Origin: Bacteroidales bacterium
GTDB lineage: Bacteria > Bacteroidota > Bacteroidia > Bacteroidales > FEN-979
Reading direction: 5' to 3'
DNA length: 64,000 nt
Assembly (NCBI GenBank): GCA_963682005.1
Contig: OY820914.1
Coordinates: 605,433-669,432 of the forward strand
Part shown: piece after piece, positions 28,212 through 36,880 of the stretch
How positions within the stretch are numbered: the first letter of the stretch is position 1
Layout: each line of letters begins with the position of its first letter
Program-made: the position numbers and the translations under genes
Notes under the pieces: model-generated
The model's input: only the letters and a program-made list of their open reading frames with translations
What the model was told of the DNA's origin: nothing
Databases searched by the model: none

Positions 28212-28225
28212 CTCAGATCACTAAT

Positions 28226-29674
28226 ATGTCCCTGCCTACAATTCTTGCAGTTGCAGCTGTCGTTTTAATTGTCGCCGTTATTGCTTATGCCGTTTACAAT
28301 GCTTTATTCGGCGACAGCAGCGGTGGCGGCGGTGATGCCGGAGGCAGCGGCGGCAGCGGTAGTGGTAGCAACACGGCAATTCATGATCATTCACAGGGAG
28401 ACGCCAATTGTGCCGCCTGTAAAAATGCCTCCCAGCCCGTAAATGCAACTGTTCCGGAGAAAGTATTGGTGAATTTCCGCCCGAAGGCCAACTGGAAGGG
28501 AGAATTCGGCTTCGACTGGATGAGGGAAGCTGATACAGGGATGGTGGGCGATGTTGATTACGAAACAATCGTTGGAAAGTACGGGAATGTGTATGCGACG
28601 GAGTCAACGGCTGTATTTACCCTTGACAAAAGCAAATATGCTGTTCTAAAAGGCACAAATTACAATGCATTCCCAATCTCATGGAAAAAAATTAGTCTCG
28701 GGAATACTTACCTTTACTCAACCGCCTGGCTGGCCTTGTTCCCAAAGGATCAATGTACCGGTAACAATAAGAAATGCGAGGCTGAACTTGTTCTCTACAG
28801 CGAGGTATATATGAAAGAGCCTGAAATGATCCGCATTGACTACAACAAGGAATATTTTGAACTGGATAAATCGGAAGTGACCCCAAAATCACTGGGGAAA
28901 AACAATGTTCACGTCACCATTAAGTGCATCAAAGAGTTCGACACCGACCAGGAAATAAAGGTGATCCCATTTAAAACCGGAGGTGAAGACGCGCTTGCAG
29001 GGAAATTGATGGTGCTGAAAAACAACAAGGCGAACCGCTATAAAGCAAATGTTGTTTTCGTGAAAGTGACAACCAAGATAAATACAGTGGTCAAGAACGG
29101 AAGTACGGCCAATGAAAAGGATTTCCTTGAGAAATACTTGTTCCAGTCGCTTACATCACTGAATCTCGTGGAGGAAAGCCTGAACCTGTCTGCAGACACT
29201 AACTTTAACACAAAATACACCCTCCAGTTAAATGCAGTTTCGAAAGGGATCAATGTATATTTAGCTGACGGAAGCAAAATACACTCGTATCTTGAAACAA
29301 AACTGAATACCCTGAAACCCGAATATACAAGCTGGTACAAAGTATTCTTTTTTGATGAGAACGGCGGATACAACACGACAAACAGCACTACCGGGGCCGT
29401 TTCCTATACCGGCCTGAACGGCGGCGCTGCAGATATCCCCTCCAAATGCGTGGCGCTTTTTAATGGCCACAATACGGCAACAACAACACATGAACTGCTC
29501 CACGCCATGGGGATTTACCATACTTTTGATAACGACGGATTATATGTGTACAAGATAGGCCAGACCGAGAATATCATGGATTATTCTCACCAGAGTGCCT
29601 ATGGAAGCAAGACCAGGACAACACTATGGAAATGGCAATGGGATAAACTTCATGCAGCAGTAAGTAAAGAATAA
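28226..29674 (+). CDS. Putative T6SS zinc-metalloprotease effector
   Basis: HELLHAMGIYH (HExxHxxGxxH) plus NIMDY Met-turn; N-terminal TM, Gly/Ser linker and VNFRP...W.GEFGFDW.R motif; follows PAAR2. Confidence 0.75.
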   Translation: MSLPTILAVAAVVLIVAVIAYAVYNALFGDSSGGGGDAGGSGGSGSGSNTAIHDHSQGDANCAACKNASQPVNATVPEKVLVNFRPKANWKGEFGFDWMREADTGMVGDVDYETIVGKYGNVYATESTAVFTLDKSKYAVLKGTNYNAFPISWKKISLGNTYLYSTAWLALFPKDQCTGNNKKCEAELVLYSEVYMKEPEMIRIDYNKEYFELDKSEVTPKSLGKNNVHVTIKCIKEFDTDQEIKVIPFKTGGEDALAGKLMVLKNNKANRYKANVVFVKVTTKINTVVKNGSTANEKDFLEKYLFQSLTSLNLVEESLNLSADTNFNTKYTLQLNAVSKGINVYLADGSKIHSYLETKLNTLKPEYTSWYKVFFFDENGGYNTTNSTTGAVSYTGLNGGAADIPSKCVALFNGHNTATTTHELLHAMGIYHTFDNDGLYVYKIGQTENIMDYSHQSAYGSKTRTTLWKWQWDKLHAAVSKE

Positions 29675-29684
29675 TTCAGGAACG

Positions 29685-30269
29685 ATGAAATATTTGGCAC
29701 CAGTACTTTTTTTAATTTTCTTTCATTCATGCACCGCCCAGGTAAAAAACAACAAATCCGATATGGAAAAGTTTAACATCAGTGAATTTGAGAGTCATAA
29801 AGTCGGAGGTGAATATGTGCAGACCCTCAGTGACGGCACGGTCATCACACAATTTGGTGATTCCACCGGTTACTTTGAAAAATCTGTGCCTCCCCAGGGC
29901 TGGTTCTATCAATACAAGGAATTCTACGGCAACGGATTCCTGAAATTATCGGGATTGGCTTTTATCAGGGGAGATTACCAGGAAGGAACCTGGATCGAAT
30001 ATGATGAGGCCGGGAATAAAACGACTGAAACCAACTATAACAACAGTTACCACTTAACCCTTGATGATGTGCTGAAGATACTGGATGAACGCAAAATCCC
30101 CTATTCGACCAAAGATCCGTTCTTCAAGATAACAAGGGGTCTTGTGAATGCAAAAGGCATCTGGATCGTCGAATGGAAGATCATGGATAACAGGGTGGAG
30201 CGGTTAACCATTGAGGACCCTACAAAGTCTGTAACGCAGGACTACTATTTATTCCAGGGAGATCATTGA
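29685..30269 (+). CDS. Lipoprotein, putative cognate immunity protein
   Basis: Lipobox-like FHSC and MORN/YwqK-like segment (KEFYGNG.LK..G...G.W.EYDE.G); directly after the effector. Confidence 0.65.
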   Translation: MKYLAPVLFLIFFHSCTAQVKNNKSDMEKFNISEFESHKVGGEYVQTLSDGTVITQFGDSTGYFEKSVPPQGWFYQYKEFYGNGFLKLSGLAFIRGDYQEGTWIEYDEAGNKTTETNYNNSYHLTLDDVLKILDERKIPYSTKDPFFKITRGLVNAKGIWIVEWKIMDNRVERLTIEDPTKSVTQDYYLFQGDH

Positions 30270-30331
30270 TCAGGATATGATACCTTCATCCATGACCCGG
30301 GTTTGTTTAAAAAAGAATATGTGACAAGGTA

Positions 30332-30853
30332 ATGACTCAGAACAGATACTACATATTGCTTGATGCTGCCCGGATGGGCTCTGAAATAGAAACGGCCAAA
30401 AAACTAAATCAGGACTTTGCCTCCCTGTTTCTTGGGAAAAGTGAGGAATCACTTGAAATGGTAGCTCCATATCTCTTTACCTTCAACCTTAAATCGGAAT
30501 TTGCCTCATGGTTCTTTTCCTTCGGCTGGGGAAATTCCTGGGGAATAATATTCACCTCTGCAGAAGATATAAACCCTTTGATTTATCATTTTCAGCAACT
30601 GCTATTTATAAAAACCAGGGATAATGGTAATTATTACTTCCGGTTTTATGACCCGCGGGTACTGAGGAAAATCCTCCCTTCTTACGGAGGCAAGCAATTA
30701 AGTGAGTTTTTTGGCGCCATCACCCGGTTCATTTGCGAGGATGAAACACCGGGCCGGGGCCTGGTTTTTTCGCTTTTTGATAATGTTTTGAGAACGGAGA
30801 TACTATCGTCAGAACAACATCTGGACATTTTTAAAAATCTCATAATTGATTAA
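30332..30853 (+). CDS. DUF4123 T6SS effector chaperone (copy 2)
   Basis: YILLDAAR, VAPYLF, WGNSWG and FRFYDPRVLR; paralogue of 26246..26785. Confidence 0.9.
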   Translation: MTQNRYYILLDAARMGSEIETAKKLNQDFASLFLGKSEESLEMVAPYLFTFNLKSEFASWFFSFGWGNSWGIIFTSAEDINPLIYHFQQLLFIKTRDNGNYYFRFYDPRVLRKILPSYGGKQLSEFFGAITRFICEDETPGRGLVFSLFDNVLRTEILSSEQHLDIFKNLIID

Positions 30854-30886
30854 CTTTACCATTGTAAATCAAAACAAGGAGGGCTT

Positions 30887-31360
30887 ATGAAATATTTCCG
30901 ACTGGTTGCCTGGTCATTCCTGGTTATCTTTATGATTGGTTGCAATAATCAATCTTCCAAAACAGAAGCATGGACAAACCCGCTGGTCATATCCATTTCG
31001 GATCTCAAGGGAGAATTCATGCCTGATGCAGGAAATGGCACATTCGACTTTTCGCTAAAACTATCCCTGGATAGCCTGATTCAAAAATATGATCAGAATA
31101 CCATCCCCGATACGCTGGTGAAATACCTGGACGATACTACCTTATCGAAATCTGTCTTTCAGGGGAAACCAGTCATGACAGGAGTTATTTCTTTTGAAGC
31201 ACTATCCTTGCTCATATACTATGAACCAACCGATGAAAAAGGCGATGTTGCAATGAAGTGGCCGGGATTTATCAGGCCCGATGCTGGAGTAGCGGAATTG
31301 AAAGCAGCCAAAGAAGCCTGGCAAAAAGTATTGGCATCAAATACATTCAAGCGTTTATAA
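30887..31360 (+). CDS. Lipoprotein, possible immunity protein
   Basis: Lipobox MIGC; lies next to a candidate peptidoglycan peptidase. Confidence 0.55.
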   Translation: MKYFRLVAWSFLVIFMIGCNNQSSKTEAWTNPLVISISDLKGEFMPDAGNGTFDFSLKLSLDSLIQKYDQNTIPDTLVKYLDDTTLSKSVFQGKPVMTGVISFEALSLLIYYEPTDEKGDVAMKWPGFIRPDAGVAELKAAKEAWQKVLASNTFKRL

Positions 31361-31410
31361 ATCTGAATTTCACGAATCATGTTTAACCTGTTATCTAAAA
31401 AAGAACAGCA

Positions 31411-31821
31411 ATGGCAACTATTCCCGAAACCATCAATGGTGTAACAATTGAATTTGCAGAAGGAGTCAACAAAGATGTTGACCACAGCATGCTGAAAGGG
31501 TTGGTTCACTGCATTAAAAAAAATGTATCTGCCGAGCACACCCTGACTTCAATTTATATTGCCTCGGCAAGCGATTCTCACCAATTTCCCAGTCGGCATT
31601 CCATGAAAAAAGCTGTCGATATTTCCAGGATCAACGGAACAAAAATCGTGTTGGGATATCCCGGGAACAAGCTGGTTAAATCGATTGTTGCCGCTATTCA
31701 GACGACATTTGAGAGTTATCGCGGACGAAGGGAAAATTTCGGTCCTTTTCTGAAGAAAAAAAGCGGTACCGACTTTATCATCGATGGTCATAAAGACCAT
31801 ATTCATCTTTCTGTTAACTGA
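31411..31821 (+). CDS. Small M15/LAS-type zinc peptidase-like protein (candidate peptidoglycan hydrolase)
   Basis: SRHSMKKAVDIS (H-x6-D) plus HKDHIHLS (HxH); no signal peptide. Confidence 0.6.
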   Translation: MATIPETINGVTIEFAEGVNKDVDHSMLKGLVHCIKKNVSAEHTLTSIYIASASDSHQFPSRHSMKKAVDISRINGTKIVLGYPGNKLVKSIVAAIQTTFESYRGRRENFGPFLKKKSGTDFIIDGHKDHIHLSVN

Positions 31822-31865
31822 TCACTATCCTGAATCAAAAGTTAAAACCAAAAGGAAAGGTTCTT

Positions 31866-32192
31866 ATGATCTCAACATGGAAAAGGAAAAATGCCCTGAT
31901 AACGAATAAAATCATGGGTTCGATCAATGACACGCCCGAGCTGATAAAGAAAATTGTTTCAATGGTCCCGGTCGTCGGGATCGCATTCCAGACTGCAGAA
32001 ATGCATAAGATATCCATCCAGCTCCTGGCCGAACAGGCCTATAAGGAAGGAACGCTGAACCCTGCCTCAAAACTGGCCTGGGAAAAATATCTTAAAGCAT
32101 GCGAAACGGAGCATGCAATGTATGACAACTTTTGCCAGTCCTTTATTGAACATGTTAAAACTGTTAAGAAGTCACCAGTAAAAGGATTTTAG
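31866..32192 (+). CDS. Hypothetical helical protein
   Basis: Co-oriented ORF filling the gap; the true start may be the Met at 31914. Confidence 0.5.
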   Translation: MISTWKRKNALITNKIMGSINDTPELIKKIVSMVPVVGIAFQTAEMHKISIQLLAEQAYKEGTLNPASKLAWEKYLKACETEHAMYDNFCQSFIEHVKTVKKSPVKGF

Positions 32193-32273
32193 GGAAATTT
32201 CACTTCCGGGGCGGATTTCCGGATGTTGATCGGGACCGGGAACAGTAGTACAGTGACATATGGATGGGCATAA

Positions 32274-33131
32274 TTACCCACCGCTGTCATTGGCCATGTA
32301 AAGAAAAAGGTTCCGGCTTTTATCTCCTTTTATGGCAGAAATGATGCTTATCTCGGCACTGATCGTATTGACCAACTGGTAAAAAACTCCGTTACTGATC
32401 CTGACTTGTGAATAAACCGCAGGCAACTTTCCTGCCTTTGCAAGTTTACTTAACCGGCCTTTCGATTGTTGATTCATCATCACCCTTGCCAGCTCCTTTG
32501 ACAGCTTCACCCGTTCAGGCCTGGTCATTTTAGTCAGGACCTGAAGGATCGGCCGTTTGCTTGTTTTCGACAACCGGTATACAAGCTTGCCCGTTTCACC
32601 GATCGAAGCAACCCCATCCAGGAGCCCGATTACATCCAGTATATTATTTGTAACCTGGTACCACTTTAATGAATCAAGTACTTCGTTGTTCCTGGGCTGG
32701 TATATTTCATTGTACACCCTTCCTGCAGCCATTCCGCATTGGGCAGCCCCTCCGACAAGGGCAGCATACGACAGAACAGTAACAACGGTGGATGTCCCGG
32801 CTGTAACAGGAGCTGCAGCGGCTGAACCGATCGTTGCTACTCCGGCAAGAACTGTTGTGCCACATGAAATCCCTGCATTGATCAGTTCATTCCTGAGTTT
32901 CCCCGGTTGCTCCGGAGAGGAAGGTGCAGGGGGTTGAACTGCTTGCCCGGTAGTCACGGCATCCTGCACCACAACCCAGGTCTGTAATCCTTTTGGCATC
33001 ACCGGTTGACGCAATACCTCTGTCAGGGCAGGTCCGATATACAAGACACCAGCCGGCCGAAGTTCAGCATGCTGACCGACGCTGGCCAGTATTTTTGATT
33101 TCTGAAAGCCGGACAGATCATCCTGACCCAT
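32274..33131 (-). CDS. Hypothetical protein with a Cys-flanked hydrophobic hairpin (candidate effector)
   Basis: ISCGTTVLAGVATIGSAAAAPVTAGTSTVVTVLSYAALVGGAAQCG; begins 37 bp after tssF. Confidence 0.6.
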   Translation of the reverse strand: MGQDDLSGFQKSKILASVGQHAELRPAGVLYIGPALTEVLRQPVMPKGLQTWVVVQDAVTTGQAVQPPAPSSPEQPGKLRNELINAGISCGTTVLAGVATIGSAAAAPVTAGTSTVVTVLSYAALVGGAAQCGMAAGRVYNEIYQPRNNEVLDSLKWYQVTNNILDVIGLLDGVASIGETGKLVYRLSKTSKRPILQVLTKMTRPERVKLSKELARVMMNQQSKGRLSKLAKAGKLPAVYSQVRISNGVFYQLVNTISAEISIISAIKGDKSRNLFLYMANDSGG

Positions 33132-33168
33132 TGGTTATGGAGTTATAATTTTTATTCTGAATATCTGA

Positions 33169-35043
33169 TTATACTGTAATTTCAACTCTGAACGGAATAA
33201 CATTGGCTGAACATTGTTCAAGCTTCTCAAGCAATTCTTCCTTCAGGAAAAGCAATTCATTTGAACTGAATGAGACCCTTTCGAGGAACCGGATCTCAAC
33301 ATCCGTTACTTTCAATATGCCCTGTCCTTTCTTGGGGCTCTGGATATAGCTTTTCTTAACATCAACGTTGATCTTATGAGGACTGAAATGCTCATGGCAG
33401 AATGCCTTTACATCGGCAACCGTCAGGATCCTTCCCCTCGTAAGCAGCAGTTTTCTCAAACTATCCCGGTGCTCCTCTTCAGTGGGTGGCTTTTTTCCTC
33501 CTGTAATTGTGGTAATAAGTCTGAGGCTGTCGGGCTTTACATCAGGAAGATGATCGATCTTGCATTGCTTTGCCGATTCCTGTCCCATAACCGGCCTGAT
33601 TTCATTCGCCAGTTCTCCGGAGGTTGTCCAGAAGCGGATAAATACTTTTGAGTGTTCCCTGTATGGACGAAGAATGATATTCCCGGAAAAGCGGGAGTTC
33701 TTGTTCTTTTCAATAACGATGCTCTTCTCAAATTCCCCTAAAGCTCTGTTAAGCCGGTAAAGCTTTTCAAGATCTTCTTTGGTTCCGTCCTTGGTCAGCA
33801 GGATGGTTTCTTCCTTAAGGAGGTTCGACAACAAACTGAGCATTGCTTTCAGTTTTCCGGGCTCCAGCCTGCTGAGATGATCAAGCCGGAACAATGCTTC
33901 GCCTTCCTTGCCAACAGTTTCATGAACATTGGCGTCGACGATCCTGTAGTCCTTCTCTTCCGGCAGGTTTCTTACTTTCCCGCGGACTGATTCAATGGCC
34001 AGGAAAAAATCATCTGATGAGATTGGAAAAATATTGATCGGCATGTTCTCCACATCGAAAAGCTCCTGCTCAACACGGAGGTTAACAACAGGAAAGCAAT
34101 TTATGCTGCAGATCAGTTGATTTATCCAGCTTTCCTCGAGAAGGTTGCTGAATGAGATCCTGAACCAGGTGATATCTCCCTTGATCTTTAAAATATCGTT
34201 CCGCGAGAATACTTTTCTTATTTCTTCAGGAAATTCCTCCGGCAATTCAGAACTGGACGGAATGTCCTGAAGGGTGATAAAATGCCTCCGGTACCAGTTC
34301 TTGACATTCTGGAAAAGCTGGTACACGATATAATCCGGGTGATCGAGCATTTTATCCTGAGTCTCCGTTTCGTCTGTAATAAACCCGGAGCGTGTTTTTA
34401 TCGGGTTGACCCCATCCGTACATTTAGAAAACTTCAGGGCATTCAGAAGCGAATACTGGTCATTACCGGGTTGGGGCAAGGCGAAGAACAAAGAAAGCTC
34501 TTTCATCGGCATAAGGTCTTTCAAATCACGGATGCCTATCCACAGAACATTTGCCTGGATTGCCTGGCTTGATTCTCCGCTGAACAGCAACGTTTTCTTC
34601 CTGTCCTCCATCTGGTAAAACCGGTTATGAAAAACGAGGTACTCGATTTCCGCCTTATGTACATTGAAGTTCCCGGCCGGTGTAAACATGAACTCTCTAC
34701 GTTGTGAATCAAGCCGGGAGATGATCAGCTGTTTTCCGGCACTGACCGCGGCGGAAGATAATCCGTCAAAAGGGCGGCCATAAACGATTCCATGAGCCGG
34801 AGATGGTATATAATATTCCTCAGGCAGGAACTGCTCGATCATCCGCTTGATGAGCCGGTTGCTCACATGAAAGATCTCTTCATGCACATTCCCGATTTCT
34901 TCGGCACATGCACCATAAAGGAGCTTTACCACCGGATCACTCATGAAATTCTCTCGTTCATCGTGATTCCAGTCTTCCCGGATCATGATCTCTTCAGCCT
35001 TCTTGAACATGTGTTCCAGGATATCACTGGTGATGGGTTTCAT
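33169..35043 (-). CDS. tssF: T6SS-iii baseplate subunit
   Basis: DPVVKLLYGACAEE, PSPAHGI, NCFPVVN, FWTT.GELAN and RGRILT..D.K.FC; 624 aa; follows tssE. Confidence 0.88.
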   Translation of the reverse strand: MKPITSDILEHMFKKAEEIMIREDWNHDERENFMSDPVVKLLYGACAEEIGNVHEEIFHVSNRLIKRMIEQFLPEEYYIPSPAHGIVYGRPFDGLSSAAVSAGKQLIISRLDSQRREFMFTPAGNFNVHKAEIEYLVFHNRFYQMEDRKKTLLFSGESSQAIQANVLWIGIRDLKDLMPMKELSLFFALPQPGNDQYSLLNALKFSKCTDGVNPIKTRSGFITDETETQDKMLDHPDYIVYQLFQNVKNWYRRHFITLQDIPSSSELPEEFPEEIRKVFSRNDILKIKGDITWFRISFSNLLEESWINQLICSINCFPVVNLRVEQELFDVENMPINIFPISSDDFFLAIESVRGKVRNLPEEKDYRIVDANVHETVGKEGEALFRLDHLSRLEPGKLKAMLSLLSNLLKEETILLTKDGTKEDLEKLYRLNRALGEFEKSIVIEKNKNSRFSGNIILRPYREHSKVFIRFWTTSGELANEIRPVMGQESAKQCKIDHLPDVKPDSLRLITTITGGKKPPTEEEHRDSLRKLLLTRGRILTVADVKAFCHEHFSPHKINVDVKKSYIQSPKKGQGILKVTDVEIRFLERVSFSSNELLFLKEELLEKLEQCSANVIPFRVEITV

Positions 35044-35061
35044 GTGTAATAAATTAGATTT

Positions 35062-35514
35062 TCAGTATTCAAAAGAAATATTAACGTTTGTATGCCGCTC
35101 GTCCGTTTGTTTGATGGTATATTCAAGCATCAGCGTTATTTTATAATCCTTCAGGTATTTACCGCTTGTTTTTCCGGTGGCCGGGTTACGTTCTGCGGGC
35201 TCATCCTCTTTATTTATCGCCTTGATCTCAGGCTCCCTCACCTGCACTGCCGTGATTCTGTCTTCATATTTTTCAAGCATGTCCTTCACCTGTTCGATAA
35301 ACCTTGGCTGCCACTGATGAATATTGAGGATCGGCTCAAATTCATAGGACCATATCTCATATCCGAAATCCTCATTAAAAAAACATTCGCCTTGCTTTGT
35401 AGCGATAAGCAGGCCGATCAATTGCTTGATCGATTCCTCCACCGACACCCTTTCAAAGGCACCTGAACGGCTGCGCTTATTAAACGTCAACGGGATATTG
35501 AGATACGGTTTCAT
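35062..35514 (-). CDS. tssE: T6SS baseplate gp25-like subunit
   Basis: YL.IPL.F...SI.Q.I.LLI.T..GE.....FG..IW...YE.RI. Confidence 0.88.
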   Translation of the reverse strand: MKPYLNIPLTFNKRSRSGAFERVSVEESIKQLIGLLIATKQGECFFNEDFGYEIWSYEFEPILNIHQWQPRFIEQVKDMLEKYEDRITAVQVREPEIKAINKEDEPAERNPATGKTSGKYLKDYKITLMLEYTIKQTDERHTNVNISFEY

Positions 35515-35789
35515 CAGTTATTGATTCAATGGTAAAAATACTAATTTTCTTTTGATGAAAGGTAGTGATGTTCATTATCGTGGCCGGAACTCCTGTTAAA
35601 TGTGCGAAATTCGGGCATTTACAGCATCAACACTGAAGTTGGTGCGTATACAACTTCTGATCATAATCAATATTCACAATAATATCATATCTTTGTTTTG
35701 GCATCAATTATAAAAATTTCTACCTTTGACTTTTAGGAAAATAAATGTGAACCAGTGAAAAAATCTGATTCCTGAATTATAGATACTTT

Positions 35790-36878
35790 ATGCAAAAATT
35801 TTACTGTAACAGTTGTGAGAATACCTTCTTTCAGGATGCTTCCGACGGATTGACCTGCCCTTCCTGCGGCAGCAACAGTGTCGCCCTTCTTTCGGAGGAA
35901 ACCTCAGGTCATTTCTGGAAATCCATGACGTTCATTATTTCGATGGCCGTTATGGCCGTGATGCTCCTGACCCTGGTCCTGCTCCCATCCGGAAATAAGG
36001 TAATAAAACCTACATTCAACATCTCGGTAAAAACCTCCCCGAAAGATCGTCTTGTTGTTACGATTATTACGGTTGGAAATGAAACCGCTGATCCTAAAAA
36101 ATTCGAGTACTCTGTTGATAACGGATATACCTGGCACACCCAATACGCTTATTACTCTGAAATTAAACGGGATCTTTATATCCTGGTGCGAGAGAAAGCG
36201 AATCCGGAAGAGGTTATGGCCTATCCTGAAAACCCTGTCAGCTATGCGCCGGTTCCAAGGCTGATCGCAACGCCAAAAACCAAGGATTGCAATTGCCGTG
36301 AACTGATGATCATCTCTGTTGATCCCCCCGGAAAAGGCAGCAACATGATAACCATTCATGCTACCCTTCCACAATGTGAAAAATTGTATTCCATTACCGG
36401 TGCACCTGATTCCTATCAGACAGATAGTTCTTTTCTTCTTGATAAATCCGGGAGCTACACCATCTTTGTGAAAACCGCCAATTGTAATCCTGTCGCATAC
36501 GGCCGGAACCCGTTTGTTTATACAAGTAAGGAGTATGATCAGCCACAGCCAACAACGCCCCAGACCAACTATGTGCTGGAGGATAACATCGACAACAAGC
36601 CGTTAAAGCCGGCATCCAACGAAAGCAGGGACAAACTGCCCGCTACCATTGTGCAATCTATAATCAAGCCTTCTGAGACCTCCGTACATGGTTTGCTGAT
36701 TGTCACTTTTATTGTAGAAACCAGTGGCGAAGTATCCCACGTCAACATCATCAAAGGAATAAACGAAGGGGTTAACAGCAAGGTAAAGGATTACCTTGAA
36801 ACAATGGGTCTGTGGAATGTCGGACGGGTTAACGGTAAAACTGTTAAAACAAAAGTGACATTGCAGCTTACCTTCTAG
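35790..36878 (+). CDS. Zinc ribbon + TM + Ig-like + TonB C-terminal domain protein
   Basis: CxxC...CPSCGS, one TM, YSVD.G/YSI.G Ig-like segments and a C-terminal V.FIVE..G.V..V.I.KG...W..G...GK.V. A TACCTTTG promoter element lies at 35721. Confidence 0.7.
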   Translation: MQKFYCNSCENTFFQDASDGLTCPSCGSNSVALLSEETSGHFWKSMTFIISMAVMAVMLLTLVLLPSGNKVIKPTFNISVKTSPKDRLVVTIITVGNETADPKKFEYSVDNGYTWHTQYAYYSEIKRDLYILVREKANPEEVMAYPENPVSYAPVPRLIATPKTKDCNCRELMIISVDPPGKGSNMITIHATLPQCEKLYSITGAPDSYQTDSSFLLDKSGSYTIFVKTANCNPVAYGRNPFVYTSKEYDQPQPTTPQTNYVLEDNIDNKPLKPASNESRDKLPATIVQSIIKPSETSVHGLLIVTFIVETSGEVSHVNIIKGINEGVNSKVKDYLETMGLWNVGRVNGKTVKTKVTLQLTF

Positions 36879-36880
36879 GT

